Below are positions 30,111 through 40,639 of a stretch of DNA of 64,000 bases, one piece after another. A program made the position numbers and the translations under genes. Source of the stretch: an uncultured Gemmatimonadales bacterium (GTDB taxonomy: Bacteria; Gemmatimonadota; Gemmatimonadetes; Gemmatimonadales; GWC2-71-9); the NCBI GenBank assembly GCA_963828735.1, contig CAWHFW010000002.1, positions 96,001 to 160,000 of the forward strand, given 5' to 3'. Every line of letters starts with the position of its first letter. Position 1 is the stretch's first letter. The notes beneath the pieces are model-generated. The model did not search any database. It was given only the letters and a program-made list of their open reading frames with translations, and had not been told where the DNA came from.

Positions 30111-30181
30111 AGGTTAAGCACCCGCCCGAGCCAAGTCAAAGCGCGTTGCCGCTTGACCTTGCATGGGTCGGTCTCTATGTT
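30111..30181. promoter_or_regulatory. Back-to-back sigma70 promoters for the M50-scp operon and rpsT
   Basis: Minus TTGACT-N17-TAACCT (30139-30111); plus TTGACC-N17-TATGTT (30153-30181). Confidence 0.6.
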
Positions 30182-30243
30182 TCCGCCCTCGTACGCCGGG
30201 GCGCCGGTCCCGGAGTCGTCATTCGCACCTACTCGAGGTCGTC

Positions 30244-30501
30244 GTGCCGAGAATCAAGTCCGCGAAGAAGCGCATGCGGCAGGGGAAGACCCATGCGTCG
30301 CTCAACCGCACCCAGCGCAGCCAGCTGCGCACGGCCATCAAGAAGGTGCGGAGCTCTGCGGGTGCGCAGGCCGAGGCCGCCTACGAGGACGCGGTGCGAC
30401 TGCTCGATCGCGCGGGGCGGAAGCGCCTGATCCACCCCAATGCCGCGGCGCGGAACAAGAGCCGGTTGGCGAAGCTGGTGAAGAGCTCCGGCAAGAAATA
30501 G
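30244..30501 (+). CDS. rpsT: 30S ribosomal protein S20
   Basis: PRIKSAKKRMRQ..RSQLRTAIKK..LDRAGRKRLIHPNAAARNKSRL. Confidence 0.96.
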   Translation: MPRIKSAKKRMRQGKTHASLNRTQRSQLRTAIKKVRSSAGAQAEAAYEDAVRLLDRAGRKRLIHPNAAARNKSRLAKLVKSSGKK

Positions 30502-30524
30502 CCGGCTCGAGCAGACCGAAAAAC

Positions 30525-30551
30525 ACAGGGCCTCGCAATGCGAGGCCCTGT
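30525..30551. terminator. Intrinsic terminator, probably bidirectional
   Basis: ACAGGGCCTCGC-AAT-GCGAGGCCCTGT flanked by A and T runs, between convergent genes. Confidence 0.75.
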
Positions 30552-30633
30552 CCATTTTCACCAACACGACCTCAGAATCAAGATGAACTCGCCAGCCTAA
30601 CTCGTTGGAGCACAGGCAGCTATCGAGAACTGA

Positions 30634-31509
30634 TCAGATGCCGGCGAGCTCAGCCCCGCAGCGCTCGCAATACCATTCCGTGGGACGATTGAGCGTTCCG
30701 CACTCGCCGCACTTGAGCGTCTTGGCGACGCCAGCGGCCCCACCCTTCCCCGACCCCGCCTGAGCCACCGCTGCCTCGCCACTGCGACCGCCAGAGCCCG
30801 AACCGGGGTTGCTTCGCCGGCCCGAGGCCGCGGGAGCCGGTGCCGGGGGCGCCTTCTTTTCCCCCTCGGGTGCAACCGACTTGAGGAACGCCATCTCGTC
30901 ATCCTGCGAGGGCGTACCGTGGGTGATCTCGGGCTCGCGCGTCGGCGCCTTGGCGCCCGACCGCGCGGCCGCTGGCGTTGCCGGCATCGGCTCGGGTGGC
31001 GGCGGCTCCGGCACGGGTTCCGGCGTAACCGCCACCGGCGGAGGCGATGGCGGCTCGGCCCGCTTCGGCGCACCGCTGATCAGACCCTGCACCTCGGCCA
31101 GCCTCGCGATCTCGTGCCCCACCCCGCTCAGCTCTCCCCGCAGCCGCCCGAGGCGGTCGTTGCTTTCCTGGCTGACGCGACTCCACTCCTCAGCCGAGTA
31201 TTCGCCGACCGCGTGCCGGACCTCCGCTTCCGAGAGCTCCTCCTCCACCGTGCGCTTCTCGCGGTCCAGACCCGACTGGGTCTTGCGATGGCGCTCGAGC
31301 TCATCGCTGATCGTCGACGCATGTCCGCGCAACTGTTCGATCACGCCTTTGAGTCGCGCCTCGTAGTCACCGCGAACTCGCTCGCGCACCGCGGCAGGGG
31401 CTTTGTCGCCGGCCGAGTCCAGGCGGGCGAGCCATTGCTCGTACTGGCTGCGCTGCTGCAACAGCCCTTCGATCGTCGTCTCAGGATCCGGTGGGGTCGC
31501 TTTGGCCAT
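30634..31509 (-). CDS. Coiled-coil protein with C-terminal Cys4 zinc ribbon
   Basis: Long helical N-terminus, Pro-rich linker, CGECGTLNRPTEWYCERCG. Confidence 0.75.
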   Translation of the reverse strand: MAKATPPDPETTIEGLLQQRSQYEQWLARLDSAGDKAPAAVRERVRGDYEARLKGVIEQLRGHASTISDELERHRKTQSGLDREKRTVEEELSEAEVRHAVGEYSAEEWSRVSQESNDRLGRLRGELSGVGHEIARLAEVQGLISGAPKRAEPPSPPPVAVTPEPVPEPPPPEPMPATPAAARSGAKAPTREPEITHGTPSQDDEMAFLKSVAPEGEKKAPPAPAPAASGRRSNPGSGSGGRSGEAAVAQAGSGKGGAAGVAKTLKCGECGTLNRPTEWYCERCGAELAGI

Positions 31510-32143
31510 GACGGGACATTCCTCTCAGCCGCTCGAGGTCGTGCATCTGGTCAGGGGTCAGTTGAATGACCCGGCCGAGGCTGCGGGCGGCCAGGAGGAT
31601 CCGGGCCGCGTGCTCCAGGCTTTCCATGCGGATACGTGCCGCCGCGAGCGTCCCACCCCAGGCAACCGCGCCGTGATTGGCCAGCAGCACGGCCTCATGC
31701 GCCTCGAGGAACGGCTCGACGGCGTCACCCAGGGCGGGCGTGCCGGTCGTGGCGTAGGGTACCACGGGCACGTCGCCCATCAACACCGCCACCTCCGGGA
31801 GCACATTCGCCGGAATGCCCTCGCCCGCCACCGCGAAGGCAGTGGCCGTCGGCGGATGGGCATGGACCACCGCGCCGCAGTCGGGCCGGCGCCGATACAC
31901 CCGGAGATGCAAATCTAATTCGGTCGAGGCCTGTCGGGAGCCACCAAGGTGCCGGCCGTCGAGGTCCACGTCGACCAGGTCCTCTGGGGCGAGGTCGGAC
32001 TTGGCCAGCCCGCGGGGCGTGACGAGGAGGCGGCCCGGCTCGTACCGCACCGTCACGTTGCCGTCCTGCCCCGCGATGAGCCCCGCCTGCCACAGTCGGC
32101 GGCAGCACAACACGATCTCGCGGGCGGCCTCGGAACGGTGCAT
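31481..32143 (-). CDS. Class II aldolase/adducin family protein
   Basis: GQDGNV, TPRG, STELDLH, VVHAHP, LLANHG. Confidence 0.9.
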   Translation of the reverse strand: MHRSEAAREIVLCCRRLWQAGLIAGQDGNVTVRYEPGRLLVTPRGLAKSDLAPEDLVDVDLDGRHLGGSRQASTELDLHLRVYRRRPDCGAVVHAHPPTATAFAVAGEGIPANVLPEVAVLMGDVPVVPYATTGTPALGDAVEPFLEAHEAVLLANHGAVAWGGTLAAARIRMESLEHAARILLAARSLGRVIQLTPDQMHDLERLRGMSRHGQSDPTGS

Positions 32144-32216
32144 CGGATGCTCTGATCGGAAGGAAAGGTCACGAATGGGAGATGGTACCGCCTCCCACAC
32201 GCCTGGCTCGGTCGCG

Positions 32217-33506
32217 CTAACCCGGGCGCCGGAACACCACCTGCCCCCGCACGATCGTGACGTCGGCGCGGCCACGCAAACGCCGGCCGCCGAAGGGCGT
32301 GTTGCGACTCTTCGAGTAGAACTCGTCGGGCGTCACCGTCCATTGCGCGGTCGGGTCGAGCACGACCACGTCGGCGGCCGCGCCGGGAGCGAGGGTGCCG
32401 CCCGGCAGGTTGAAGATGCGCGCCGGCCTCGTGCTCATTCGGAGGACGAGCGTCGGCCAGGTCCAGCAACCCGCCATCCACTAGCTCGGTGATCGCGAGC
32501 CCGAAGCGCGGTCTCCAGTCCGATGATGCCGTTGGGCGCGTCGTCGAACTCCCGCTCCTTCGCGTCGTAGTGGTGCGGCGCGTGGTCGGTGCAGATCACG
32601 TCGATGGTGCCGTCGCGCAGGGCCTGCCGGATCGCCTCGCGATCCTCTGGCTCCTCGGAGCGGCGGATTCATCTTCGCGTTGGTGTTGTATCCCTCGCAC
32701 GCCTCGTGGGTGAGCGTGAAGTGGTGCGGGCACGCCTCGGCGGTCACCCGCAGCCCCTTGTCCTTCGCCCGCCGGATGAGCTCCACCGAGCCGCGCGTGG
32801 ACATGTGGCACAGGTGGACGTGGCCTCCGGTGAGCTCGGCGAGGAGGATGTCGCGGGCGACCATGATCTCCTCCGCGGCCGCGGGCACCCCCTTGAGGCC
32901 GAGGCGCGTGGAGACGAGACCCTCGTGCATCGCGCCGCCGGCGGCGAGGGTCGGATCCTCGCAATGATCCGCCACCGGGATGCCGAACGTCCGCGCGTAC
33001 TCGAGCGCGGTGCGCATCAGGTGACTCGACACCACCGGCTTGCCGTCGTCGCTCACCGCTACCGCGCCCGCGCCCACCAGCTCGCCGAACTCGGCCAGCT
33101 GCTGCCCATTCTGCCCGAGCGAGATCGCGCCGATCGGGTAGACCCGCGCCTTCCCCGCCCGTTGGGCCTGGCTCACGATGAAGCCGACGGCCGCCTGGTT
33201 GTCGGTGACCGGATCCGTGTTGGGCATGGCGCACACCGCGGAGAAGCCGCCGGCCGCCGCCGCCATCGCGCCCGTCGCGACGGTTTCCACATCCTCCTGA
33301 CCCGGCTCGCGCAGGTGCACGTGCAGATCGATCAGTCCCGGCGCGACGACCCGCCCCGCCGCCTCCAGCACCTCGGCGCCGTCCGGACCGCCCAGGTTCT
33401 GGCCCATCGCCTCGACCTTGCCGCCCTGCAGCAGCAGGTCGGCGGTCTGGTCGATGTTGCGGGAGGGATCGAGGACCCGTCCGCCGCGGATCAGGATCGG
33501 CCGCAT
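32217..33506 (-). CDS. pyrC: Dihydroorotase (three single-base insertions near 32655, 32504, 32457)
   Basis: [40 protein letters not shown] across frames. Confidence 0.92.
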
Positions 33507-33508
33507 CG

Positions 33509-34463
33509 TCAATCTCCGGGCTGATGCGCCCAGTCGGGCGAACCGCCGGCCAGCAGATAGAGGACGGCCATGCGCACCGCCACGCCGTTCGTCACCTGCG
33601 GGAGGATCACGCTGTGCGGTCCGTCGGCCACGTCGCTGTCGATCTCGACGCCGCGGTTCATGGGGCCCGGGTGCAGGATGAGGAGGTCCTTGGGCGCCCG
33701 GGCCAGTCGCTCGCTGGTCACGCCGAAGACCCGGTTGTACTCGCGCAGCGACGGCAGGAACGCCCGCCTGCATGCGCTCGAGCTGGAGGCGCAGGATGTT
33801 GAGCGCGTCGGCCCACTGGATCGCGTCCTCGATCCGCGGCAGGATCGTGACGCCGAGCTCCTGGACGTTGCGCGGGAGCAGCGTCGCCGGTCCGCACACG
33901 CCGACCTCCGCACCCAGCTTGGTGAGCCCCCAGATGTTGCTTCGGGCCACGCGGCTGTGGAGGATGTCGCCACAGATCGCGACCTTGAGCCCCTCGATGC
34001 GCCCGAAGCGGTCGCGCAGGGTGAGGATGTCGAGGAGTCCCTGTGTCGGGTGCTCGTGCTTGCCGTCGCCGGCGTTGATCACGTTGCTGCGGATCCGCTG
34101 TCCCAGGAACTGGGCCGCACCCGACGCGCCATGGCGGATCACGACCATGTCGATCCGCATCGCCTCGAGATTGCGCGCCGTGTCCACCAGGGTCTCGCCC
34201 TTGGAGACCGACGAGCCTGCCGTCGCCACGTTGACGGTGTCGGCGCTCAGTCGCTTCTCGGCGAACTCGAAGGAGATGCGCGTCCGGGTGGACGCTTCGA
34301 AGAACAGATTGACGATCGTCTTGCCGCGGAGCGCCGGGACCTTCTTGATCGGCCGCTCGCTCACTTCCTTGAACGGTTCCGCGGTGTCGAGGATCAGGCG
34401 GAGCTGGTCGGCGCTCAGCGACTCGAGGCCCACCAGGTCCTTGCCCAGGGAGAGCGCGCTCAC
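33509..34463 (-). CDS. pyrB: Aspartate carbamoyltransferase catalytic subunit (frameshift near 33761)
   Basis: [52 protein letters not shown]. Confidence 0.95.
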
Positions 34464-34999
34464 GTCAGCCTCCGCACCAGCTCGACGGCATCGCGCCCGT
34501 CGAGCTCCGACACGAGCACGTCCACCCGGTCGCCCGGGCCGGTGCTCACGGTGGTGCCGACGATGTCGGCCTGGATCGGGAGCTCCCGACCACCGCGGTC
34601 GATGAGCACGCAGAGCAGGATGCGACGCGGCCGCCCGAAGTCGGCGCATTCGTCGAGCGCGGCGCGAACGGTGCGGCCGGTGTAGAGGACGTCGTCGACG
34701 ATCACGACGGTGCGGCCGTCGAGGTTGGGGAGGCTGGTCTCGCCGACCACGGGCCTGGCGCCTACGGTCTGCAGGTCGTCGCGGTAGAGAGTGATGTCCA
34801 GCTTGCCGCCCGCGATGGTGGACCCTTCGGCCTGGTCGATGAGCCGCTTGAGTCGCGCGGCCAGCTCGACGCCGCGACGCTGAATTCCTACCAGCACCAG
34901 GGCGTCGGTTCCTCCGCCGCGCTCGACGATTTCAGTGGCCATCCGCACCAGGGTGCGGCCGAGCGCGCGGTCATCGAGGAGGAGGGTCCGGGAGGCCAT
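34460..34999 (-). CDS. pyrR: Pyrimidine regulator/UPRTase PyrR
   Basis: [37 protein letters not shown]. Confidence 0.95.
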   Translation of the reverse strand: MASRTLLLDDRALGRTLVRMATEIVERGGGTDALVLVGIQRRGVELAARLKRLIDQAEGSTIAGGKLDITLYRDDLQTVGARPVVGETSLPNLDGRTVVIVDDVLYTGRTVRAALDECADFGRPRRILLCVLIDRGGRELPIQADIVGTTVSTGPGDRVDVLVSELDGRDAVELVRRLT

Positions 35000-35333
35000 C
35001 GGGGCGGGAAGCTAGTGGTCGGCCTCCGGGGGCGCAACTCGGGGCCGGAGGCACGGTTCGAGTGTCGCGGACACGAAAACGCCGGTGGCCCCAGGCATCG
35101 TTGGCGCCTTCTTCTGTCGCGCAGCCTAACCGTGCCATAACCCCGGGATAAACACTGACAGGGGGAAGGGATCCGCGGCCCCTCTGGCAAGGGTGGGTGA
35201 AGGCTCGCCGGGCTGCGGGCCGCAAGAGCCCGGCGAGCTCTAGGGTCATGCTGTCGGCTCTCGACTGACTCGCAACCTGCCCGCATCATCAATGTCACAC
35301 GGTGTTAGATGCTTGGCTCACTTCGGAGGGGTT

Positions 35334-35516
35334 ATGCATTCGATGTGGAACTCATGGGGCCCGATGGGCGGGTTGTTCTTGGTTTACGGGCTGCTGTGGA
35401 TCGCCGTGGTCGCGGTGGTGCTCATTTCCTTGTGGAGGGGGATGCAGGCGCAGGAACGGATAGCGCGTCATCTCGAAGGCATCGAGCGGGCGCTGAGTCA
35501 GCGGCCACTCTCCTAG
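35334..35516 (+). CDS. Small single-TM hypothetical protein
   Basis: GGAGG RBS; hydrophobic helix followed by QERIARHLEGIER. Confidence 0.6.
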   Translation: MHSMWNSWGPMGGLFLVYGLLWIAVVAVVLISLWRGMQAQERIARHLEGIERALSQRPLS

Positions 35517-35656
35517 CGCACAGAAGCGTTCTGGCCCAGGGGTTCGCTGCCTGCGCCAGCAGCCTGGGTCACCGAAGCCATATCCCCGACCATAACCCAC
35601 CACGTTCGGGGGGCCATGCCGGGGTTAGGGCGGCTCACGCAGGTTGTTGATTCATG

Positions 35657-35743
35657 CGGACAGGGCGGGATTCGAACCCGCGATACCCTTGCAGGTATGC
35701 CACCTTTCCAGGGTGGTGCCTTCAACCGCTCGGCCACCTGTCC
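35657..35743 (-). tRNA. tRNA-Ser(GGA)
   Basis: GGACAGG acceptor, CCACC-CTGGAAA-GGTGG anticodon arm, long variable arm, GGTTCGAATCC; no encoded CCA. Confidence 0.96.
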
Positions 35744-35762
35744 CGAGGTGATGCGAGGGCGC

Positions 35763-35791
35763 AACCTAGCGAAGCTGTCTGGGAGCGTCAA
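35763..35791 (-). promoter_or_regulatory. sigma70 promoter of tRNA-Ser(GGA)
   Basis: Minus strand TTGACG-N17-TAGGTT. Confidence 0.55.
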
Positions 35792-35863
35792 CGCGTCGAC
35801 GCTCGGCGAGGGAAGAGGGCATGCCGTCCGGCATGCCCTCCTCCCTGGGCCGGTACCGACGAC

Positions 35864-37793
35864 TTACTCGACCACCCTCCCGGCCACGGGCGTTGCGCCC
35901 GTCAGGGTCCGCGCCGTCTCGACCAGGCCGATGAACTCGCCGCGATAGCCCTGCTCGTCGGCGCCCCGGGCGCCGCGGGCGAGACTCAACGTCTGCTCCC
36001 AGCTCGCCTGCCCCTTGTTCTCCGAATCGCGCAACAGCATCGCGAATTCCGCCACCGCCGAGGCGAACCGCATGTCCTCCGTCGCGGCGCCGGTTTGGTC
36101 GGCCACTGGCGTCTCCAGCAGCCTGCTGGTGGAACCCTTCGGGTCCTTGTACCGGAGCCGGACGGTCAGCAGCTCCGAGCTGTGCTTCGCTCCCGGCCGG
36201 AGAGAGGTCTCCTGATACGTAAGGCTGTCCTCCGACAGCGTGACCGACTGCGCCCCCACGGGCACCACCTCGTACAGGGCCGTGACCGAGTGGCCTGAAC
36301 CCAGCTCGCCGGCGTCCTTCCGGTCGTCCTTGAAGTCCTCCTTCTGGAGCAGCCGGTTCTCGTAGCCGAGCAGCCGGTACGACTGCACGCGGGCCGGGTT
36401 GAACTCCACCTGGATCTTCACGTCCTTCGCGACCGTAAACAGCGTCCCGCCGAACTCCTGCACGAACACCTTCTGCGCCTCGCGGAAGCTGTCGATGTAG
36501 GCATAGTGGCCATTACCTTTGTCGGCCATCTGTTCCATCTTCGAGTCCTTGAGGTTGCCCGGTGCCGAAGCCGAGCACGGTCAGGAATGTGCCCTCCTCG
36601 CGGCGCTGCTCGATCAGACGCACCATCTCCGCATCGCTGCTCACGCCGATGTTGAAGTCACCGTCCGTCGCCAGGATGACCCGGTTGTTGCCCTCCGAGT
36701 TGAAGTGCTCCTTGGCGACGTCGTAAGCGAGCCGGATCCCCGCCCCGCCAGCGGTCGAGCCGCCCGCCTGCAGCCGATCGATCGCCTGCAGGATCGCGGT
36801 CTTGTCATCGCCCCCCGTGGGCGGCAGCACGAGGCCCGCCGCGCCCGCGTAGACCACGATGGCGACCCGGTCCTCTGGTCGAAGCTCTCGGACCAGCGCG
36901 CGAAAGGCTTGCTGGACCAGCGGCAGCTTGTCCGGCATGTCCATCGAGCCCGACACGTCGATCAGAAATACGAGGTTGCTGGGCGGCAGGTCTCGGGTCG
37001 GGATGCGACGCGCCTGGAGCCCGATCCGGACCAGTCGGTGATCCGGTGCCCAGGGGCACGACGCCACCTCCGTTGACACGGCGAACGGGTGCGATCCGCT
37101 GCGGTCCGGATACCGATACGGGAAATAGTTCACCAGCTCTTCGAGCCTGACCGCGTCCACCGGTGGCAGCGCGCCCTGGCTCAGGAACCGGCGCACGTTG
37201 CTGTATGAGGCCGCATCCACATCGATCGAAAAGGTCGACAAGGGGTTCGATGATGCGCCCAGGAACCGGTTCTCGTTCACGACATTGTACGCCTCGGTGT
37301 TGAACTCTCCGGATGGGGATGCCCCGGCGATCATGGCGGCGTTGCCGACGAAGCCGAGCGCGTCCTTACGCATCGCCCGCTCGGCGCTCTTCATCGCGGG
37401 AACGGGAGAGGCCTGCGGCCGCTCTTCGTCCTTGGCCTCGACGAGTTGCTTCGCATCGTGGGCGCTCGCCAGGGTGAAGTTGAGGGTCAGCGTTGCCCCC
37501 GCCCGCACCGTTCCGCCGCCCTCGGCGAACGCGTAGCCGGTCCGCGCGGCTCGCACGGTGACTGTGCCTGCCGGGACCGCGGGCAGGAGAAAGGCGCCGG
37601 AGGTATCGGTGATCGCCGAAAGCGCCGTTCCGACAACAAACACCTGGGCGTGCGCGATCGGCGCCCCTTGCCCATCTCGCACGTGGCCGGCGATGCGTCC
37701 GGTTGCCGGGCCGGTTCGGACCGGGGCCGCGGCGGTGGTCGCCAGCGTGACGAAGAGAACGGCAACGAGCCACGGCATGCGTGCGGCGTGCAT
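35864..37793 (-). CDS. YfbK-like VWA protein with N-terminal carboxypeptidase-regulatory-like domain (frameshift near 36559)
   Basis: STFSIDVDAASYSNVRR, NLVFLIDVSGSM, ATDGDFNIG, AKDVKIQVEFNP, DAGELG. Confidence 0.88.
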
Positions 37794-37894
37794 CGGGACC
37801 TCCAGCGACAGGGTGATGGCTTTGGACGGCGCTGCCCATGACCGACTGGGCGCTGGCGGGAGATGCATGAAGCGCCCGGCTTGCACACGGGCGG

Positions 37895-38020
37895 GTGAGC
37901 GGGGCCCGGATTCTCACGACGCTCGCGCACGCGCTGCGGCGCACCGGCGGCCGGTACGGCCTGGCTACCATGTGCATCGGCGTGGGACCGGGGATTGCGA
38001 TGGTGATTGAACGGCAGTAG
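37895..38020 (+). pseudogene. Orphan C-terminal fragment of a thiolase
   Basis: [41 protein letters not shown]; in-frame stop at 37868 upstream. Confidence 0.8.
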
Positions 38021-38041
38021 TCGGCCATACGAGGCCGGCGT

Positions 38042-40639
38042 TTATTTCCTTCGCTCGAGCTCCTCTCGCGCCCTCCCGATCTGCGCCAGCACCCCTTCCC
38101 TTTCCGAATCCGTGTTCCAGTCCTTGCTGGCCTTGGCGAACGCCTCGACCCGATCGATCCAACGCAGGAAATAGTCCGCGTCTTCCGCCGACCGCACGGG
38201 CGCCCCACCGACCGTGACGTAGACCGGACTCGTCGTTCCATAGGGATAGAGGTCGAGCACGGGATAGATGGCCCGGTCAGTCCGGGCGCGCAGCAGGAAC
38301 CAGCCGCTCCCGCGGACGACCAGTCGTACCGTGGTGTCGGCGCGCGTGCGGTCGCCGCGAAGTGGAATCTCCGCGACGATCTGCCCCTGGCCCACGATCT
38401 CGAGGTGATCGACGGCCACGTTCGAGCGAAGCGAGACGTGGGCACGCACCTCGTGCTCGCCCGGGCCGAGACGAAGCTCCTGGCCAGGGCCGCGCCCGTC
38501 GACCGTCAGCTCGAGAAGCGGGCCGTTCGTCGCGAACGTGCGTCCCGCGCGAAGGGAGTCGAGCATGATGCGTTGGTCGACCGCGCCTCCCGTCTGCACG
38601 TACACCCGGTTCATCCCCACGGGTCCCCGGAGCGAGGCGAAGTTCGTCATCGCGTCGGTGCCCGCGCCGGCGGGGAGCCGGAATCCGCAGTTGAGCGCGC
38701 GATACCACACGTGCGCCGTGGCCATCGGGTCGTCCACGAAGCCGAGCGCCTCGTAGTAGTCGATCTTGCCGAGCGCGAGATCCACCGGGAACTCGGCGCT
38801 CAGCGGGTGCGTGGTGTCCGCCGGGTCGGGATCGCTGTCGAAGGGGTGGACGTAGCCGATAACCCCGCCCTGCGCCCGCGCCAGGTCGGCCACGTCCGCG
38901 TTGGTCGGCGCCAGACTCGCCGCCGGCGTCCCCTGATAGCCCGCGTACCCCGGCAGCAACAGGTGATCCCGCAGGCCCAGCAATCCGATGTGGCCCCACA
39001 CGCTGGTGTGATACTCCTGGTCGTGCATGATCACGGTGCTCGCGGTCGAGACCGGGTCGCGACCCACATGGTACGCGACGTCCGGGATCCGGCCCTCCTT
39101 GTTCACGATGAGGTTCTCGACCAGGGCGAGGCCCTCCGCGCGCGCCTGAAACACGAGGCGACGGGGCGTGGCGCGGTAGGCGCCCCCGTAGTTCATGTGC
39201 ACATGGAGATCGGCGCTGCGCCACCCGCGGGCCTCGAGGTCGCTCAAGGGTCGGAGCGCGACCTCGAGCGCCGAGGTGCGGCCCTTCCGGATCTCGATCG
39301 TCCGGCGTTCCGCTCGGAAGGCGGGGCCGCGCGTCACTTCGATGTCGTACCGGCCCGTGGGCAGCGTGAGCGTGGCGGCGCCCGATGTGTGGAAATAGCC
39401 GTACTCGAAACGGCGCTCGCCGCGATCGAAGCCGTCATCCGCGTGCCGCCAGGCGTCGTCGGGAGCGAAGCTCCTGCCGTCCGGCCCCGTCACCGAAACT
39501 CGGGCGGGCGACGTGACCGCCAGCCGAAGCGTGCCGACTGGATGCCGGTAGATTCTGCGCTCGGCGCGGAGCGACGTGCGGCGTCCGCCTGGCACCTCGA
39601 CGATCCAGAGCGACGTGTTGCCGCTCTCATTCGACACGTAGGCGATCCGCCGGCCGTCGGGGGACCAGCGCGGCGCCGTCGCGTCCCAGTCGCCGTAGGT
39701 GAGCTGAAGCGGGTTCGCGCCGTCGGCGGTCATCAGCCAGAGCTGATTCCACTGCCGGCCGAGATAGGAGCTGTAGACGACCCTCCGTCCGTCGCGGCTC
39801 CAATCCGGCCGGCCCTTCCAAGTGGTTTCCTCGTCGCGAATCTCGCGCGCAGTCCCTCCGGGCCGCGCGGGCAACCTCCAGAAGCTCCCTGCCCCCCAGA
39901 TGTGGCCGCGATTCGAGACGGCGATCACCTCGGTTCCGTCCGGCGACCAGGTCGGCGAGATCCAGTGGTCCACCGTGTTGTAGTAGTACCGCGGAAGCCC
40001 GCTCTCCTTGTCCTCGGTGATCCGCTCGATCCGCTCGGCTCGGCCATCGGCGGTGACGGCGGCCGTGAACACGTGCCACCGGCCCTGGTAAAGGCTCGAA
40101 GTGAACGCGATGCGGTTGCCGTCGGGTGACCACCGCGGCTCGAGGTTCACGGCGCCGTTGGCGATGAGCTGGGTGGACTCGCCGCTCGATGGATCGAGCA
40201 GGCGAAGCTCGATCGCATCATCGCGGTAGGAGGCGTAAACGATCCGGCGGCCGTCGGGTGACCAGTCGGGCTGGTAGTCGTAGCCCGGACCGTCGGTGAG
40301 CTGGCGTGCCTCGGTGCTTCCGACGTGCTGGCGCCAGAGGCAGCCCTGCATCGAGTAGACCACCTCGGTCCCATCGGGCGACCAGGCCACCGCGCTGGGT
40401 CCGCTGGTGACCTGGGGGATGAACATCTCTCGGTAGTAGTAGGGGTGGCGGACCTTGACCTGTTGCAGGACAGGCGCGCGCTGCGCCGAGGCGGGAGTGC
40501 TGATAAGCGAAGCGAGGGCGAGGAGGGCGGCCATCATCCGAAGCGGCGCGAAGGCTCTCCGTCGCCCGACTATCCGCCCGCAGGGTCCGCCGAACTGCCC
40601 GGGAGAGTTGACAGCCCTCGCTGGTCCTTCCGTTCTCAC
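38042..40639 (-). CDS. Secreted PD40/TolB beta-propeller + CehA/McbA-like (PHP-type) metallohydrolase
   Basis: Many PxWSPDG repeats; ADLHVHMNY, YVHP, AGTD, FATNGP; start may be ATG 40537. Confidence 0.8.
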   Translation of the reverse strand: MRTEGPARAVNSPGQFGGPCGRIVGRRRAFAPLRMMAALLALASLISTPASAQRAPVLQQVKVRHPYYYREMFIPQVTSGPSAVAWSPDGTEVVYSMQGCLWRQHVGSTEARQLTDGPGYDYQPDWSPDGRRIVYASYRDDAIELRLLDPSSGESTQLIANGAVNLEPRWSPDGNRIAFTSSLYQGRWHVFTAAVTADGRAERIERITEDKESGLPRYYYNTVDHWISPTWSPDGTEVIAVSNRGHIWGAGSFWRLPARPGGTAREIRDEETTWKGRPDWSRDGRRVVYSSYLGRQWNQLWLMTADGANPLQLTYGDWDATAPRWSPDGRRIAYVSNESGNTSLWIVEVPGGRRTSLRAERRIYRHPVGTLRLAVTSPARVSVTGPDGRSFAPDDAWRHADDGFDRGERRFEYGYFHTSGAATLTLPTGRYDIEVTRGPAFRAERRTIEIRKGRTSALEVALRPLSDLEARGWRSADLHVHMNYGGAYRATPRRLVFQARAEGLALVENLIVNKEGRIPDVAYHVGRDPVSTASTVIMHDQEYHTSVWGHIGLLGLRDHLLLPGYAGYQGTPAASLAPTNADVADLARAQGGVIGYVHPFDSDPDPADTTHPLSAEFPVDLALGKIDYYEALGFVDDPMATAHVWYRALNCGFRLPAGAGTDAMTNFASLRGPVGMNRVYVQTGGAVDQRIMLDSLRAGRTFATNGPLLELTVDGRGPGQELRLGPGEHEVRAHVSLRSNVAVDHLEIVGQGQIVAEIPLRGDRTRADTTVRLVVRGSGWFLLRARTDRAIYPVLDLYPYGTTSPVYVTVGGAPVRSAEDADYFLRWIDRVEAFAKASKDWNTDSEREGVLAQIGRAREELERRK

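Noticed and set aside
32481..34649. Apparent PyrB-PyrC fusion ORF
   Set aside because: Produced by the indel near 33761; the PyrB C-terminus and stop are in another frame
35000..35656. Island downstream of tRNA-Ser(GGA)
   Set aside because: A small accessory-looking gene is present but I found no duplicate of the tRNA 3' end
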